Source: Gemmatimonas sp.
GTDB lineage: Bacteria; Gemmatimonadota; Gemmatimonadetes; Gemmatimonadales; Gemmatimonadaceae
Direction of reading: 5' to 3'
Assembly (NCBI GenBank): GCA_031414535.1
Contig: JANNVQ010000014.1
Span: 256,001-320,000, forward strand
Length of the DNA: 64,000 nucleotides
The position numbers and the translations under genes are program-made. Position 1 is the stretch's first letter. Each line of letters starts with the position of its first letter. Positions 41,350 to 51,570 of this stretch are shown in pieces. Below the pieces are notes generated by a model. That model did no database searches. It saw only the letters and a program-made list of their open reading frames with translations, and was not told the origin of the DNA.

Positions 41350-42783
41350 ATGAGCTCCTCGATCGAAGCCCTAGTCAACAAAGAGTACGCCTACGGGTTC
41401 GTGACTGACGTCGAGTCAGACACGATTCCGGTCGGACTCACTGAAGACACTGTTCGCCAGATTTCGGCCAAGAAGGACGAGCCGCAGTGGCTGCTCGATT
41501 GGCGCCTGAAGGCCTTCCGTCGTTGGCAGACGATGACCGAGCCGCATTGGCCCAACGTCACCTACGAGCCCATCGACTACCAAGCGCAGACCTACTACTC
41601 GGCGCCCAAGTCGGTGAAGCCCAAGCAGTCGCTGGATGAAGTTGATCCCGAACTGCTCGAGACCTACAAGAAGCTCGGCATTTCACTCACCGAGCAGAAG
41701 CGCCTCCAGGGCGTGGCCGTGGACGCGATCTTCGATTCCGTGTCTGTTGGCACCACAATGAAGCACGAGCTCGAGAAGGTCGGCGTCATCTTCTGCAGCT
41801 TCGGCGAGGCGGTGCACAATCACCCCGAGCTCGTACAGAAGTACCTCGGCTCAGTGGTGCCCTACTCGGACAATTTCTTCGCCGCTTTGAACTCGGCCGT
41901 GTTCTCCGACGGCTCGTTTGTCTACATCCCCAAGGGCGTGAAGTCCCCGCTCGAGCTCTCCACGTACTTCCGCATCAACGCCGCCAACACCGGCCAGTTT
42001 GAGCGCACGCTCATCATCGCCGACGAAGGCGCCTCGGTGAGCTACCTCGAAGGCTGCACGGCGCCCAAGCGCGACGAGCACCAGCTCCACGCCGCAGTGG
42101 TTGAGATCATCGCGCTCGACCGTGCCACGGTGAAGTACTCCACCGTGCAGAACTGGTACGCCGGCGACAAGGAAGGAAAGGGCGGCATCTACAACTTCGT
42201 CACCAAGCGTGGCAAAGCGATGACCGACGCCAAGATCTCGTGGACGCAGGTCGAAACCGGCTCGGCGATCACCTGGAAGTATCCCAGCGTGATCCTCCAG
42301 GGCGACAACTCCGTCGGCGAGTTCTACTCCGTGGCCGTCGTGAACGGCAAGCAGCAGGCCGACACCGGCACGAAGATGATCCACATCGGCCGCAACACCA
42401 AGAGCACCATCATCTCCAAGGGCATCAGCGCTGGCCAGGGCCAGAACTCATACCGTGGCCAAGTGAAGGTCCTCCCCAAGGCCGAGGGCGCGCGCAATTA
42501 CACGCAGTGCGACTCCATGCTCATCGGCAACGCCTGCGGCGCGCACACCTTCCCGTACATCGAGATCGCCAACAACTCCGCGACCCTCGAACACGAAGCC
42601 AGCACCAGCAAGATCGGCGAAGACCAAATCTTCTATTGCAAGGCCCGCGGCCTAAACGCCGAGCACGCCATCAGCCTGATCGTGGCCGGCTTCTGCAAGG
42701 AAGTGTTCAAGGAGCTCCCCATGGAGTTCGCCTTGGAAGCCCAGCAGCTCCTCGGAATTTCCCTCGAAGGGTCGGTCGGCTAA
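41350..42783 (+). CDS. sufB: Fe-S cluster assembly protein SufB
   Basis: [53 protein letters not shown]. Confidence 0.97.
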   Translation: MSSSIEALVNKEYAYGFVTDVESDTIPVGLTEDTVRQISAKKDEPQWLLDWRLKAFRRWQTMTEPHWPNVTYEPIDYQAQTYYSAPKSVKPKQSLDEVDPELLETYKKLGISLTEQKRLQGVAVDAIFDSVSVGTTMKHELEKVGVIFCSFGEAVHNHPELVQKYLGSVVPYSDNFFAALNSAVFSDGSFVYIPKGVKSPLELSTYFRINAANTGQFERTLIIADEGASVSYLEGCTAPKRDEHQLHAAVVEIIALDRATVKYSTVQNWYAGDKEGKGGIYNFVTKRGKAMTDAKISWTQVETGSAITWKYPSVILQGDNSVGEFYSVAVVNGKQQADTGTKMIHIGRNTKSTIISKGISAGQGQNSYRGQVKVLPKAEGARNYTQCDSMLIGNACGAHTFPYIEIANNSATLEHEASTSKIGEDQIFYCKARGLNAEHAISLIVAGFCKEVFKELPMEFALEAQQLLGISLEGSVG

Positions 42784-42793
42784 CGGCAACTGC

Positions 42794-42872
42794 TTCACCA
42801 CGGAGACACAGAGGCGCGGAGAAGTTCACCCGCCTTCCAGCAGTCTCCGTGCCTCCGTGTCTCCGTGGTGAA
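42794..42872. repeat. Palindromic (CACRGAGR)n element, copy 2, between sufB and sufC
   Basis: TTCACCACGGAGACACAGAGGCGCGGAG ... CTCCGTGCCTCCGTGTCTCCGTGGTGAA. Confidence 0.82.
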
Positions 42873-42918
42873 TAGCAGTTCACCAAACTTGTTGAATACA
42901 CCGAACCATAGAATCGAT

Positions 42919-43671
42919 ATGCTGAAGATTACCGATCTACACGCCGCCGCCGGCGACAAGGAAATCCTCAAGGGCATCACCCTCGAGATCAAGCCCGGCG
43001 AAGTTCACGCGATTATGGGCCCGAACGGCTCTGGTAAGTCCACCCTCGCGCAAGTGATTGCCGGCCACCCGGGCTACGAAGTCACCAGCGGCTCCATCGA
43101 ATACCTCGGCCAGGACCTCCTCGAGCTCGACGCCGAAGAGCGCGCGCAGCAGGGCGTGTTCCTCGCCTTCCAGTATCCCGTGGAGATTCCCGGCGTGACC
43201 AACGCCTACTTCCTCCGCGCCGCCTACAACGAGATCCGTAAGGCCCACGGTCAGGAAGAAGCCGATCCCATCGAGTTCCTCGACATCATGGAAGAGAAGC
43301 TCAAACTCGTCGAGATGGATGCCTCGATGATGCAGCGCTCCGTGAACGCCGGCTTCTCCGGTGGCGAGAAGAAGCGCAACGAGATTCTCCAGATGGCCGT
43401 GCTCGCGCCTAAGCTCGCCGTGCTCGACGAGACCGATTCCGGTTTGGACATCGATGCCCTGCGCATCGTCGCCGAGGGCGTGAACAAGCTCAAGCGTCCT
43501 GACAACGCCACCATCGTCGTGACGCACTATCAGCGCCTGCTCAACTACATCGTGCCCGACCACGTGCACGTGCTCGCTGGCGGCCGCATCATCAAGTCCG
43601 GTGGCAAGGAGCTCGCGCACGAGCTCGAGGCCAAGGGTTACGACTGGCTGCTCGAGCCCGCAGGAGTCTGA
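42919..43671 (+). CDS. sufC: Fe-S cluster assembly ATPase SufC
   Basis: GPNGSGKST, FQYPVEIPGV, FSGGEKKR, LDETDSGLDIDAL. Confidence 0.97.
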   Translation: MLKITDLHAAAGDKEILKGITLEIKPGEVHAIMGPNGSGKSTLAQVIAGHPGYEVTSGSIEYLGQDLLELDAEERAQQGVFLAFQYPVEIPGVTNAYFLRAAYNEIRKAHGQEEADPIEFLDIMEEKLKLVEMDASMMQRSVNAGFSGGEKKRNEILQMAVLAPKLAVLDETDSGLDIDALRIVAEGVNKLKRPDNATIVVTHYQRLLNYIVPDHVHVLAGGRIIKSGGKELAHELEAKGYDWLLEPAGV

Positions 43672-43673
43672 GC

Positions 43674-44993
43674 GTGACCTCCCCGCTAGCTCCTTACGTC
43701 GAACAGTTTGACGCCTTCTCCGCCAACGGTGGCGGCGAAGGCCCGTCCTGGTTGCCCGCGCTGCGCAAGAAGGCCATGGAGCGCTTCACCTCCCTCGGCT
43801 TCCCCACCACGCGCGACGAAGACTGGCACTTCACCTCCGTCACGCCGATCGCCGAGAAGACCTTCAAGGCCATCAAGCCCTCGGCTACCGCGCTCACACT
43901 CTCTGACCTCGAGAACTATCTCGTAGACAGCGAGTGGAATCGCCTCGTGTTCGTGAACGGCAAGATTGAGCCCCAGCTCTCGCAGTTCAGCGGCCTGCCG
44001 GCTGACGTGCAGCTCTCGCCGCTCTCCGACGTCCTCAAGGAAGATCCGGAGTGGGTAGAAAAGCACCTCGGCTCCCTCGCTTCGTTCGACAAGGCCGCCT
44101 TCACTGCCATGAACACCGCGTTCATGCAGGATGGCGTGGTGCTCCGCGTGCCCAAGGGCGAAGTCGTGGATGTGCCCATTCACGTGCTCTACGTGAATGA
44201 CGCCAACGCCGCCGGCGCCGCACTGCATCCGCGCTTGCTCGTGGTCGCCGAGGCGCTCTCGCAGGTGATGTTGGTTGAGAGCTTTGTCGGCATCGGCAAT
44301 GTGTCGTACCTGACCAATGCGGTGGCCGAGGTGGTGGTGGGTAACGGCGCGCGCGTGGACCATTACAAGGTGCAGAAGGAGAGCGAGTCGGCTTTCCACG
44401 TTGGCACCACGCAGGTGACGCAGGGCCGTGACTGCATCTATCACAGCTTCTCGTATGCCGCGGGCGCCGAACTCTCGCGCACCAATGTCTATACCAAGCT
44501 GGCCGATACTGGCAGCGAGGCCCGTTTGAATGGCCTCTACGTGCTCGATGGCACGCAGCACGGTGATCATCAGACCTTTGTTGAGCATCTCGCCGAATCT
44601 TGCGCGAGCCGCGAGCTGTACTGCGGCGTGCTCGATGGCAACTCGCACGGCGTGTTCAACGGCAAGGTCTATGTGGACCCCATCGCCCAGAAGACCGACG
44701 GCAAGCAGACCAACAAGGCGCTGTTGCTCTCTCCGCAGGCGCGCGTGGACACCAAGCCGCAGCTCGAGATCTTTGCGGACGACGTGAAGTGCACGCACGG
44801 CGCGACGATCGGGCGTATGGATGAGATGGCTCTGTTCTACTTGAAGAGCCGTGGCATCGGTGCGGACAACGCCCGCTCGTTGCTGACGTATGCGTTTGCC
44901 GCCGAGGCGCTGGAAACGATTGAGATTGATGCACTGCGGTTGGGCTTGGAGCGCGACGTGTTTGAGCGCTTCACGCACTCGCAACTGCTCTAG
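43674..44993 (+). CDS. sufD: Fe-S cluster assembly protein SufD
   Basis: FPTTRDEDW, FNGKVYV..AQKTD, KPQLEIFADDVKCTHGAT. Confidence 0.95.
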   Translation: MTSPLAPYVEQFDAFSANGGGEGPSWLPALRKKAMERFTSLGFPTTRDEDWHFTSVTPIAEKTFKAIKPSATALTLSDLENYLVDSEWNRLVFVNGKIEPQLSQFSGLPADVQLSPLSDVLKEDPEWVEKHLGSLASFDKAAFTAMNTAFMQDGVVLRVPKGEVVDVPIHVLYVNDANAAGAALHPRLLVVAEALSQVMLVESFVGIGNVSYLTNAVAEVVVGNGARVDHYKVQKESESAFHVGTTQVTQGRDCIYHSFSYAAGAELSRTNVYTKLADTGSEARLNGLYVLDGTQHGDHQTFVEHLAESCASRELYCGVLDGNSHGVFNGKVYVDPIAQKTDGKQTNKALLLSPQARVDTKPQLEIFADDVKCTHGATIGRMDEMALFYLKSRGIGADNARSLLTYAFAAEALETIEIDALRLGLERDVFERFTHSQLL

Positions 44994-45004
44994 AGGACTT
45001 AAGC

Positions 45005-45487
45005 GTGGCTGACGCCGCATTGGACGCGCTGTACCAGGAAGTGATCCTCGATCACAACCGTCGGCCGCGCAACTTTCATCCGATGGAGCACGCCTCGTGC
45101 TCGGCGGACGGGAAGAATCCCAATTGCGGCGATCAGCTCACCATCTGGCTCAAGGTGGATGACGAGGTCGTCACTGACGTTTCGTTCCAGGGTCAGGGCT
45201 GCGCCATCTCCAAGGCCTCGGCGTCTATGATGACGGATGCCATCAAGGGCAAGACGCGTGCTGATGTGGTGACGCTGTATGAGAAGGTGCACAAGCTCGT
45301 GACTGGCGAGGATCTCTCGTTGGCGAAGGACAAGGAGATGGGCTCGCTGCGGGCGCTGGGCGGTGTTTCGAAGTTTCCGATGCGTGTGAAGTGTGCGTCT
45401 TTGAGCTGGCACGCCATGAAGGCCGCGCTCGACGGCACTGCGGTGGTGAGCACCGAAGGCCCTGAGGATGCGGGGAGCGCTTCGTGA
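45005..45487 (+). CDS. sufU: SUF system sulfur-transfer protein SufU
   Basis: LYQEVILDH, NPNCGD, GCAISKASAS, RVKCA. Confidence 0.92.
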   Translation: MADAALDALYQEVILDHNRRPRNFHPMEHASCSADGKNPNCGDQLTIWLKVDDEVVTDVSFQGQGCAISKASASMMTDAIKGKTRADVVTLYEKVHKLVTGEDLSLAKDKEMGSLRALGGVSKFPMRVKCASLSWHAMKAALDGTAVVSTEGPEDAGSAS

Positions 45488-45879
45488 GCGAGTCCGAGAC
45501 TGGTTCAGCTAATTCCGCGGCGCCTGAGGGCGCCGTTTTGCTCGCTGGTCTTCTCGCCACCGATGTTGAGCCGCAGCAGCTGTATCGCGCGACGATGCCC
45601 AATGGGACTGCGCTCTGTGTTGGGCGACACGAGGACTCTTTCTTTGCCGTTAAGGATTACTGTCCTCATCGGGAGTATCCGCTGAGCGAGGGCACGCTGT
45701 ATCCGAATGGTGAGATTGAGTGCAGCTGGCACGGGGCGCGTTTCGGTTGTTTGACCGGGAAGGTTTCGCGCGGGCCCGCCGAGTCTGATTTGTTGAGCTT
45801 TGAAGTGCTTGAGGTTTCTGGATCGCTGTATGTACGCCGCGCTTCTGGTGCGGCGACTGTGACTGGAGGTGGGACGTGA
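45484..45879 (+). CDS. Rieske-type (2Fe-2S) ferredoxin
   Basis: CPH..LSEG..ECSWHGARF. Confidence 0.85.
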   Translation: MSESETGSANSAAPEGAVLLAGLLATDVEPQQLYRATMPNGTALCVGRHEDSFFAVKDYCPHREYPLSEGTLYPNGEIECSWHGARFGCLTGKVSRGPAESDLLSFEVLEVSGSLYVRRASGAATVTGGGT

Positions 45880-47114
45880 GAGCTTCGACACCTGTGACGC
45901 TGGCGCGCCGCGCGGATTTTCCGCTGCTGGCGGCTCAGCCTGAGCTTGTATACCTCGACTCGGCGGCGACTTCTCAGAAGCCGGCTGTCGTTCTTGATGC
46001 GATTCGCAAATACTACGAGACGGTGAATGCCAACCCGCATCGTGGGGCGTATGCGTTGTCTGCGGCGGCGACTGAGGCGTATCACAATGCTCGCTTGCGC
46101 ATTGCTCGGTTTATTGGCGTGGCGGATGCTGACACGGTGATCTTCGTGCGAGGGGCGACGGAGGGGTTTAACCTCGTCTGCTCATCGTGGGGCCGCGCGA
46201 ATGTTCGCGCGGGTGACAATATCGTCGTGACGCGGATGGAGCATCACGCCAACTTTGTGCCTTGGCAGCAGTTGTGTCGTGCTGTGGGCGCGGAGTTTCG
46301 CATTGTCGAGCTCGATGCTGCGTCTAACGTTGACCTAGCGATGATGCGCAGGCTGGTGGATGCGCGCACGAAGGTTGTTGGGTTTGGGCAGGTGTCGAAT
46401 GCGCTCGGGACTATCAATCCGGTTGCGGAGATGGTTGCGATTGCGCGTGCGCAGGCGCCTGGTGCGCTTGTGGTGTGCGATGGTGCCCAGGCGGTGCCGC
46501 ATCTGTCCGTATCTATAGATGCGCTCGGCGTGGACGCGTATGTGTTCAGCGGGCACAAGCTTGGCGGGCCGATGGGGTCAGGCGTTGTGGTGGTGCGCCG
46601 GCCGGTTCTGGAGAAGATGCCGCCGTATCATTTTGGCGGGGATATGATCGAGTGGGTGAATGATCAGGATTCCACTTGGAATGTGCTGCCGCATCGGTTT
46701 GAGGCTGGGACGCCTAACGTTGAAGCCGCTGTGGGCTTGGCGGCTGCGTGTGACTATCTGGAGTCACTTGGGATGAATGCGGTGCGTCAGCACGAGTTGT
46801 TGCTGACTTCGGCGGCTATGCGGATGCTTGGGGAGATCGAGGGAGTTACCCTGCACGGGACTCCGGCCGCTGAAGGTAGATCAGGCGTGGTTTCGTTCTC
46901 TGTTGCGGACGTCCATCCGCACGACGTTGCCACAACGCTCGATGCTGCTGGGGTCTGCGTGCGCGCTGGGCATCACTGTGCGCAGCCGTTGATGCGCGCG
47001 ATGGGTGTTGCAGCGACGACGCGCGCTAGCTTCTGGGTGTACTCGACACTTGAGGATGTGACGAAGCTCGCATCTGCAGTTCGGGCGACGAGCGAGCGAT
47101 TCGCCGGAGCCTGA
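45876..47114 (+). CDS. sufS: Cysteine desulfurase SufS
   Basis: YLDSAATSQKP, EHHAN, DGAQ, SGHK (PLP Lys), RAGHHCA. Confidence 0.95.
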   Translation: MRASTPVTLARRADFPLLAAQPELVYLDSAATSQKPAVVLDAIRKYYETVNANPHRGAYALSAAATEAYHNARLRIARFIGVADADTVIFVRGATEGFNLVCSSWGRANVRAGDNIVVTRMEHHANFVPWQQLCRAVGAEFRIVELDAASNVDLAMMRRLVDARTKVVGFGQVSNALGTINPVAEMVAIARAQAPGALVVCDGAQAVPHLSVSIDALGVDAYVFSGHKLGGPMGSGVVVVRRPVLEKMPPYHFGGDMIEWVNDQDSTWNVLPHRFEAGTPNVEAAVGLAAACDYLESLGMNAVRQHELLLTSAAMRMLGEIEGVTLHGTPAAEGRSGVVSFSVADVHPHDVATTLDAAGVCVRAGHHCAQPLMRAMGVAATTRASFWVYSTLEDVTKLASAVRATSERFAGA

Positions 47115-47116
47115 CC

Positions 47117-47159
47117 CGGGAAACGACGGGATCCGAGCCCGCGACCCCCTGAACCCCAT
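47117..47159 (-). other. Degenerate 3' half of tRNA-Pro (att remnant)
   Basis: Minus strand reads ATGGGGT-TCAGG-GGGTC-GCGGG-CTCGGAT-CCCGT-CGTTTCCCG: anticodon loop (GGG) through T arm to acceptor; no D arm. Confidence 0.7.
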
Positions 47160-47384
47160 TAACGGGTCAGCTCGTGGCACCCTGGCACAGTGTTGAGTTT
47201 CGCCCGCCCTCGAGATGCAATGCAAATCATTGCACCGACACCAGTTAGCTGGCGTTTTAAGCTGCTCCAACATCGGTGAAGCACAGTTCTCGGAATTCTT
47301 GGGAGACATCGGAAACAAGCGCATTTCCAGTCGGCTGGCACATTCCAGGCACAGTGCGAACGCGATCCGCGCCGGCATCATCGA

Positions 47385-48812
47385 TCAGCGCAGCTTCTTG
47401 GAGCGGCTGCAAACGACTAAACGCTTGGCGCCGCGAGTCATTGCGACGTAAAGGTGTTCCGGCCCCAGAGGATCCGCGTCAAGCACAATCGAGATGTCAG
47501 CTTCAAGCCCCTTCAGCAGCAAGGTGCTACCGACCGCTCGACCCGGGAGGGCACGCAAACCGAAGCGGGACTCCTCGCGGATCCGTCTCGCAACTTCCCC
47601 ATAGGATCGTAGTGGTGACTCAGCGCATGTGCGGGCCATCTGCAGGCAAGAGTTCAGCAAGACCGGGCGGAATACGTGCGAGCCAGACTGCGACTGGAGC
47701 GCCGCGAGAAGGAGCGCAATCCGTCCAGGCGCTGCGTCTGCAAGCAGGCTCAGGGCGGCGCTCTCCACCTCCGAGGTCGGCTTACGTGAGCGACCGTTGA
47801 CGATAGACTCAATGCGAGCGGCCAGGTCCGCCGGCCGTACCGCAGTCATTACGCTCGCCGCGAGCGAGGCTGTGAGCTCCAGTATCTCTGTCCCACTTTC
47901 CACCTCATCGAGGGACTCGGCGAACTCGATAAACTCACGAAGCTCGACCGTCTCGACTGCGACTGCCCCTCTGGTCTGGCGTGCAAAATCGTGCTGCAAT
48001 GCCTTGTTCTTGCTATCGACGAGGATAAGTGCGGTACCGCCGCCACCAGGCAAGCGCCGGTTCGCAGCACTCAACTGCACAGGAGTATCGTGTGAGGGAT
48101 CACCCGTGAGGCCAACCCATTGGACCGCATCGGGCGCAGCCGAAAGCTCGATGCCTTCTCCCGCACTCAGTGGGGATCGAATTCCCAAGAGCCACTCGCC
48201 AAGCTCTTGCGCACCGCTGTTCTTCCATCGCCACGGGACGTCCAGCTGAGCTACCATCGGAAAGTCTCTGAGCACAACATCTCGCCAGCTGGGAAGACGG
48301 TTGCCTCCAAATCCGAAAATCGCCTGAAGCGGATCGCCCAGCACAACCGTGGGTAGCGCTTCAGACAGTCCACGTACCAGTTGGTGCTGGAGCTGGTTGC
48401 AGTCCTGGTATTCATCGACCCAGGCCCTGACATAAGTCTTGCGAAGCAGCTCTTCGATCCCACCTTCAATAATCAGCCTCACCGCAGCGCGTCTTATATC
48501 AGGATAGTCATCCCTTGGACTCCGAAGCTCCAGGGCAGCCCGGCGCACACCGGACCTCTCCGGGAACATCGACACCATCCGAAGCGCCCAGCCATCAAGA
48601 GTGAACACCCTGAACGCCTTGGGGTCGACTTTGGACAGCGATAGGCGCCGGCGGAGAACTGCCACACCGGCGTTAGTGTGCGTGAGGATCAACACTGGTC
48701 GCCTATTGCGGATAGCGGCCATCGCATCGACGATCAACTGAGTCTTTCCACAGCCAGCCGGGGCCTCAACCGAGCCGCGGAGTGCCTCAATCAAGACGTC
48801 AGACTGCGGCAT
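47385..48812 (-). CDS. gajB: UvrD-like helicase, Gabija GajB-like
   Basis: APAGCGKT, LTHTNA, DEYQD, GDPLQAIF, KGLE, LYVAMTRG; compact 475 aa; overlaps the OLD nuclease gene. Confidence 0.8.
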   Translation of the reverse strand: MPQSDVLIEALRGSVEAPAGCGKTQLIVDAMAAIRNRRPVLILTHTNAGVAVLRRRLSLSKVDPKAFRVFTLDGWALRMVSMFPERSGVRRAALELRSPRDDYPDIRRAAVRLIIEGGIEELLRKTYVRAWVDEYQDCNQLQHQLVRGLSEALPTVVLGDPLQAIFGFGGNRLPSWRDVVLRDFPMVAQLDVPWRWKNSGAQELGEWLLGIRSPLSAGEGIELSAAPDAVQWVGLTGDPSHDTPVQLSAANRRLPGGGGTALILVDSKNKALQHDFARQTRGAVAVETVELREFIEFAESLDEVESGTEILELTASLAASVMTAVRPADLAARIESIVNGRSRKPTSEVESAALSLLADAAPGRIALLLAALQSQSGSHVFRPVLLNSCLQMARTCAESPLRSYGEVARRIREESRFGLRALPGRAVGSTLLLKGLEADISIVLDADPLGPEHLYVAMTRGAKRLVVCSRSKKLR

Positions 48813-50511
48813 CCCGCGCCCACGCCCGAAGCGCTTCGATGACTAAAGCGATGTTCAAGGCGGACCCGGTCAGTGCTGGACCTAGAATCTCACGGGCCGG
48901 AGTCTCCATTTGACTAATCGATTTGAACCAGCCGCTGCCAGCCTTCGCAGCTAGCCCGAGAACCTTGCGAGCGTCATCAGTGATTGATGCGCGGCAATCG
49001 GTGAGGCCAAGAACCCCGTTACTCTTGGACTTGATGTGCGAGTCGATAGCGGCCTCAGATTGTAACTCAACCGCGCACTCCAGCAACTGTCTGACTGCCT
49101 CCTCTGGGAGCGCAGAGAATAGCGCCTGCTCCGTCGAATGGCCTTCGCTCCACTTGAATAAATGTCCTCCTGCTTCCACGAAGGCATCCTCGCCCGGGGG
49201 CGCAAGCGCGACGTCTGAGTCGCGAAGGATTGCCACCTTGAATCCAAGAGCCTGCAGCGCTTGAGCCCGACCTCCCACTCGCGAATGGCCATTGCTGTCG
49301 ATGAAGACAACGCCCACCGAAGCGAGAGTGGGCCTCGCCTGGCTGTCCTCGAACTGATCAAGACCGCGGAGCAGGCCAACCTCTGTGGAGCCCTCACATA
49401 CCACAACGGCACGCGCCAATAGGGCCTCTGGGAAGGTGCGCACTGTTCCCTGAATCTCATCTGCAGTCCCGACAGGCACACAAAGGTGCGCCTCCTCCGT
49501 TGGCCTCCTTAGAATCCACAATGCGTCGCCTGAGAGTTCTCTAATCACGACGGGTGAATGCGTGGTGAGGAACACCTGAGCCGAGGGCTGTGCCGACTTC
49601 GCTCCGAGTGTGTCCAGCAGTCGCGCCACGCGATACGGCTCCAGCCCATGCTCGACCTCATCGGCAATGATCATGCACGTGCCGCCCCCCAAGGTCTGCT
49701 GCATGCCGGCCGTCAGGAGCCGAACAGAGCCCGTGCCGAGACATTGCAGCGGAATGCCTTTGCTGGTGTGAAGCGCAATCGTGCCCCTTCCGAGCGATAT
49801 GGAGTCAGCATCGAGCATCGCTTTCAGGCCGTCCCCGATTTTTAGGCCGAGAAGCACCCCCTTGGCGGCTATCGCATCGAGGGTGTCCTGTAGATCGGGC
49901 GCCGTCTTCTCACCGAATGCCTTCCGCGCTTCACGGGCTGCGGTAGCGAGCGCATTGGACGCATTCGGAACATCAGACGTCAGCCGGCTAAGCACGGAAC
50001 CCTGCCGCCAAGCGAACTGCGAGCTGCTGCTGACTCCGATTCGGATCGGTCCGAGCTTGGTTCGAATGCCCCAGGGAATTCCCCTTTGCAGTCCCAACTC
50101 TCGGGAACGATCGGAATAGAGCGTCCACGTTGGGTCTAGCGATTCGTCGACAACCAGCTGCAGCGTCACCACGGTCTCCAATCCGACCCCAGCCTCGTCT
50201 GCAACCTCCCCCGACTCAGCATCAAATCCTCTGAGGTATTGGCCGTAGGTGTCAATGTCGAGTAGCTCGTCCGGAAGTTCGCCAATAGTTGCAGCGATCC
50301 GGATCGGCTTGCTGTGGTCTAGCTCGAAGAAATCGGCGTCGGAGAAAGCGATCGCTCGCCGCGCTCCGAGGCACAGGTCTATCGCGTCAAGCACCGTGGA
50401 CTTCCCCACGTCGCCGGGGCCTAGCAGGCAGTTGAGGCCAGGCTTCGGGTTCCAGTCGAGGGATCTCATGCCGCGAAAGTTCTCGATCTCCAGCCGTCTG
50501 ATGCGTGTCAT
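48799..50511 (-). CDS. gajA: OLD-family ABC ATPase-TOPRIM nuclease, Gabija GajA-like
   Basis: IENFRG, GPGDVGKST, LGTG, DEVEHGLEP, TTHSP, TOPRIM VVCEGSTE and RDSD. Confidence 0.82.
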   Translation of the reverse strand: MTRIRRLEIENFRGMRSLDWNPKPGLNCLLGPGDVGKSTVLDAIDLCLGARRAIAFSDADFFELDHSKPIRIAATIGELPDELLDIDTYGQYLRGFDAESGEVADEAGVGLETVVTLQLVVDESLDPTWTLYSDRSRELGLQRGIPWGIRTKLGPIRIGVSSSSQFAWRQGSVLSRLTSDVPNASNALATAAREARKAFGEKTAPDLQDTLDAIAAKGVLLGLKIGDGLKAMLDADSISLGRGTIALHTSKGIPLQCLGTGSVRLLTAGMQQTLGGGTCMIIADEVEHGLEPYRVARLLDTLGAKSAQPSAQVFLTTHSPVVIRELSGDALWILRRPTEEAHLCVPVGTADEIQGTVRTFPEALLARAVVVCEGSTEVGLLRGLDQFEDSQARPTLASVGVVFIDSNGHSRVGGRAQALQALGFKVAILRDSDVALAPPGEDAFVEAGGHLFKWSEGHSTEQALFSALPEEAVRQLLECAVELQSEAAIDSHIKSKSNGVLGLTDCRASITDDARKVLGLAAKAGSGWFKSISQMETPAREILGPALTGSALNIALVIEALRAWARDAAV

Positions 50512-50652
50512 GTTCTCTCACGGAGGCGTTACTCTTGTCACGGCTCACGATCGAGCCTCGAATGCGATCGAGAGACGTTCCGACTTGGACCAGGCATCGT
50601 CAAGGTGCTCGCCTGGATGACTCCGGCCTAGGCCAGAGGGCGCAGCGCGACG

Positions 50653-51432
50653 CTAGAATCGAAAGTGCCGTCGTATTGGCGGGAGGAATCGTAGCGAAGC
50701 GGCTTGATTCATCGGCCTCTTTGGCCCGACGAGCAGGGGAGGCTCCTCGTAGTGCCCAACGAAGGCCCTGAAGTTGTCGATGAGCGATTCAAATCCGTTT
50801 CGCCCGGTCTCCGCGAACGTGCGCACAAACTGGGGCCTTGAGACGGGCTGCACATAGGCCCTGTCCGCGCTGCTATGGGGAAAGACCCACCACAGGTGCC
50901 CACCATCCCCGAAATCGAAGAACACGTGAGCGCTGCTACCGAGCCAGTCTCGGAAGAGGGCACCCGCGGGCCTGAGTATCTGTCGTTTGTTGAAGTTGGG
51001 GATGTAAGAGGTGCCGCGGGCCCATTCCTTCGCAAACCTCGCAAGATCACGTTTCCGCCGCGCTCCATCCACGACCCAGACTAGTCCCTCATAGAACTGC
51101 TCCCGTGCACGACGCTCGTCGGGGTCTATGTGGGAATGCTGGAACTCCAGAACCCATCCATCCGCCGTCTTCACGTCTGCAATGTGCAACTCGCCGCTCA
51201 GGGCTCGGTGGACGACCTCCTGCCAGTCCGGCGGGAAGTGATTCTTCCACGCCCGGTGCCACTCGGTCTCGTTCTCCGACCAGGGGTCGCAGGTTCGAGT
51301 GCCGGCGTGGGCCCAGTGCCACGTCTTGATCTCCCCGCACTTGGCGATGACAGGCTTGCCGCAGCCTGGACACTCGGCTACGAGTTTGGGCAGCGCCTCG
51401 AGCCGCTGCCCCCCATGCAATGCAAATCTCAT
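50653..51432 (-). CDS. CoiA-like protein (Zn ribbon + PD-(D/E)XK-type nuclease)
   Basis: CPGC..KCG..HWAH..CDPW..ETEWHRAWK, HIADV..VLEFQHS. Confidence 0.8.
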   Translation of the reverse strand: MRFALHGGQRLEALPKLVAECPGCGKPVIAKCGEIKTWHWAHAGTRTCDPWSENETEWHRAWKNHFPPDWQEVVHRALSGELHIADVKTADGWVLEFQHSHIDPDERRAREQFYEGLVWVVDGARRKRDLARFAKEWARGTSYIPNFNKRQILRPAGALFRDWLGSSAHVFFDFGDGGHLWWVFPHSSADRAYVQPVSRPQFVRTFAETGRNGFESLIDNFRAFVGHYEEPPLLVGPKRPMNQAASLRFLPPIRRHFRF

Positions 51433-51535
51433 CTGACCGCGGCCTCCCCACGGATGACGTACGACTTCAGCGGTTGTTCTGCATTCCGATTCTAGCGCCG
51501 GGAACCGACAGCGAGGGCCGCCTTCTGTGAACCGA

Positions 51536-51570
51536 GCCGCCAGATCCGAGCGGATCTGGCGGCCCTTTTT
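51536..51570 (+). terminator. Strong hairpin with T-tract, oriented for + strand transcription
   Basis: GCCGCCAGATCCG-AG-CGGATCTGGCGGC-CCTTTTT. Confidence 0.55.

Noticed and set aside
39851..45020. Long minus-strand ORFs opposite the GGDEF gene, sufC and sufD
   Set aside because: Typical antisense open frames of high-GC coding DNA with no recognisable motifs
51485..51508. Possible tRNA-Leu-like 3' end before the hairpin
   Set aside because: Too many mismatches to a T arm/acceptor consensus to support
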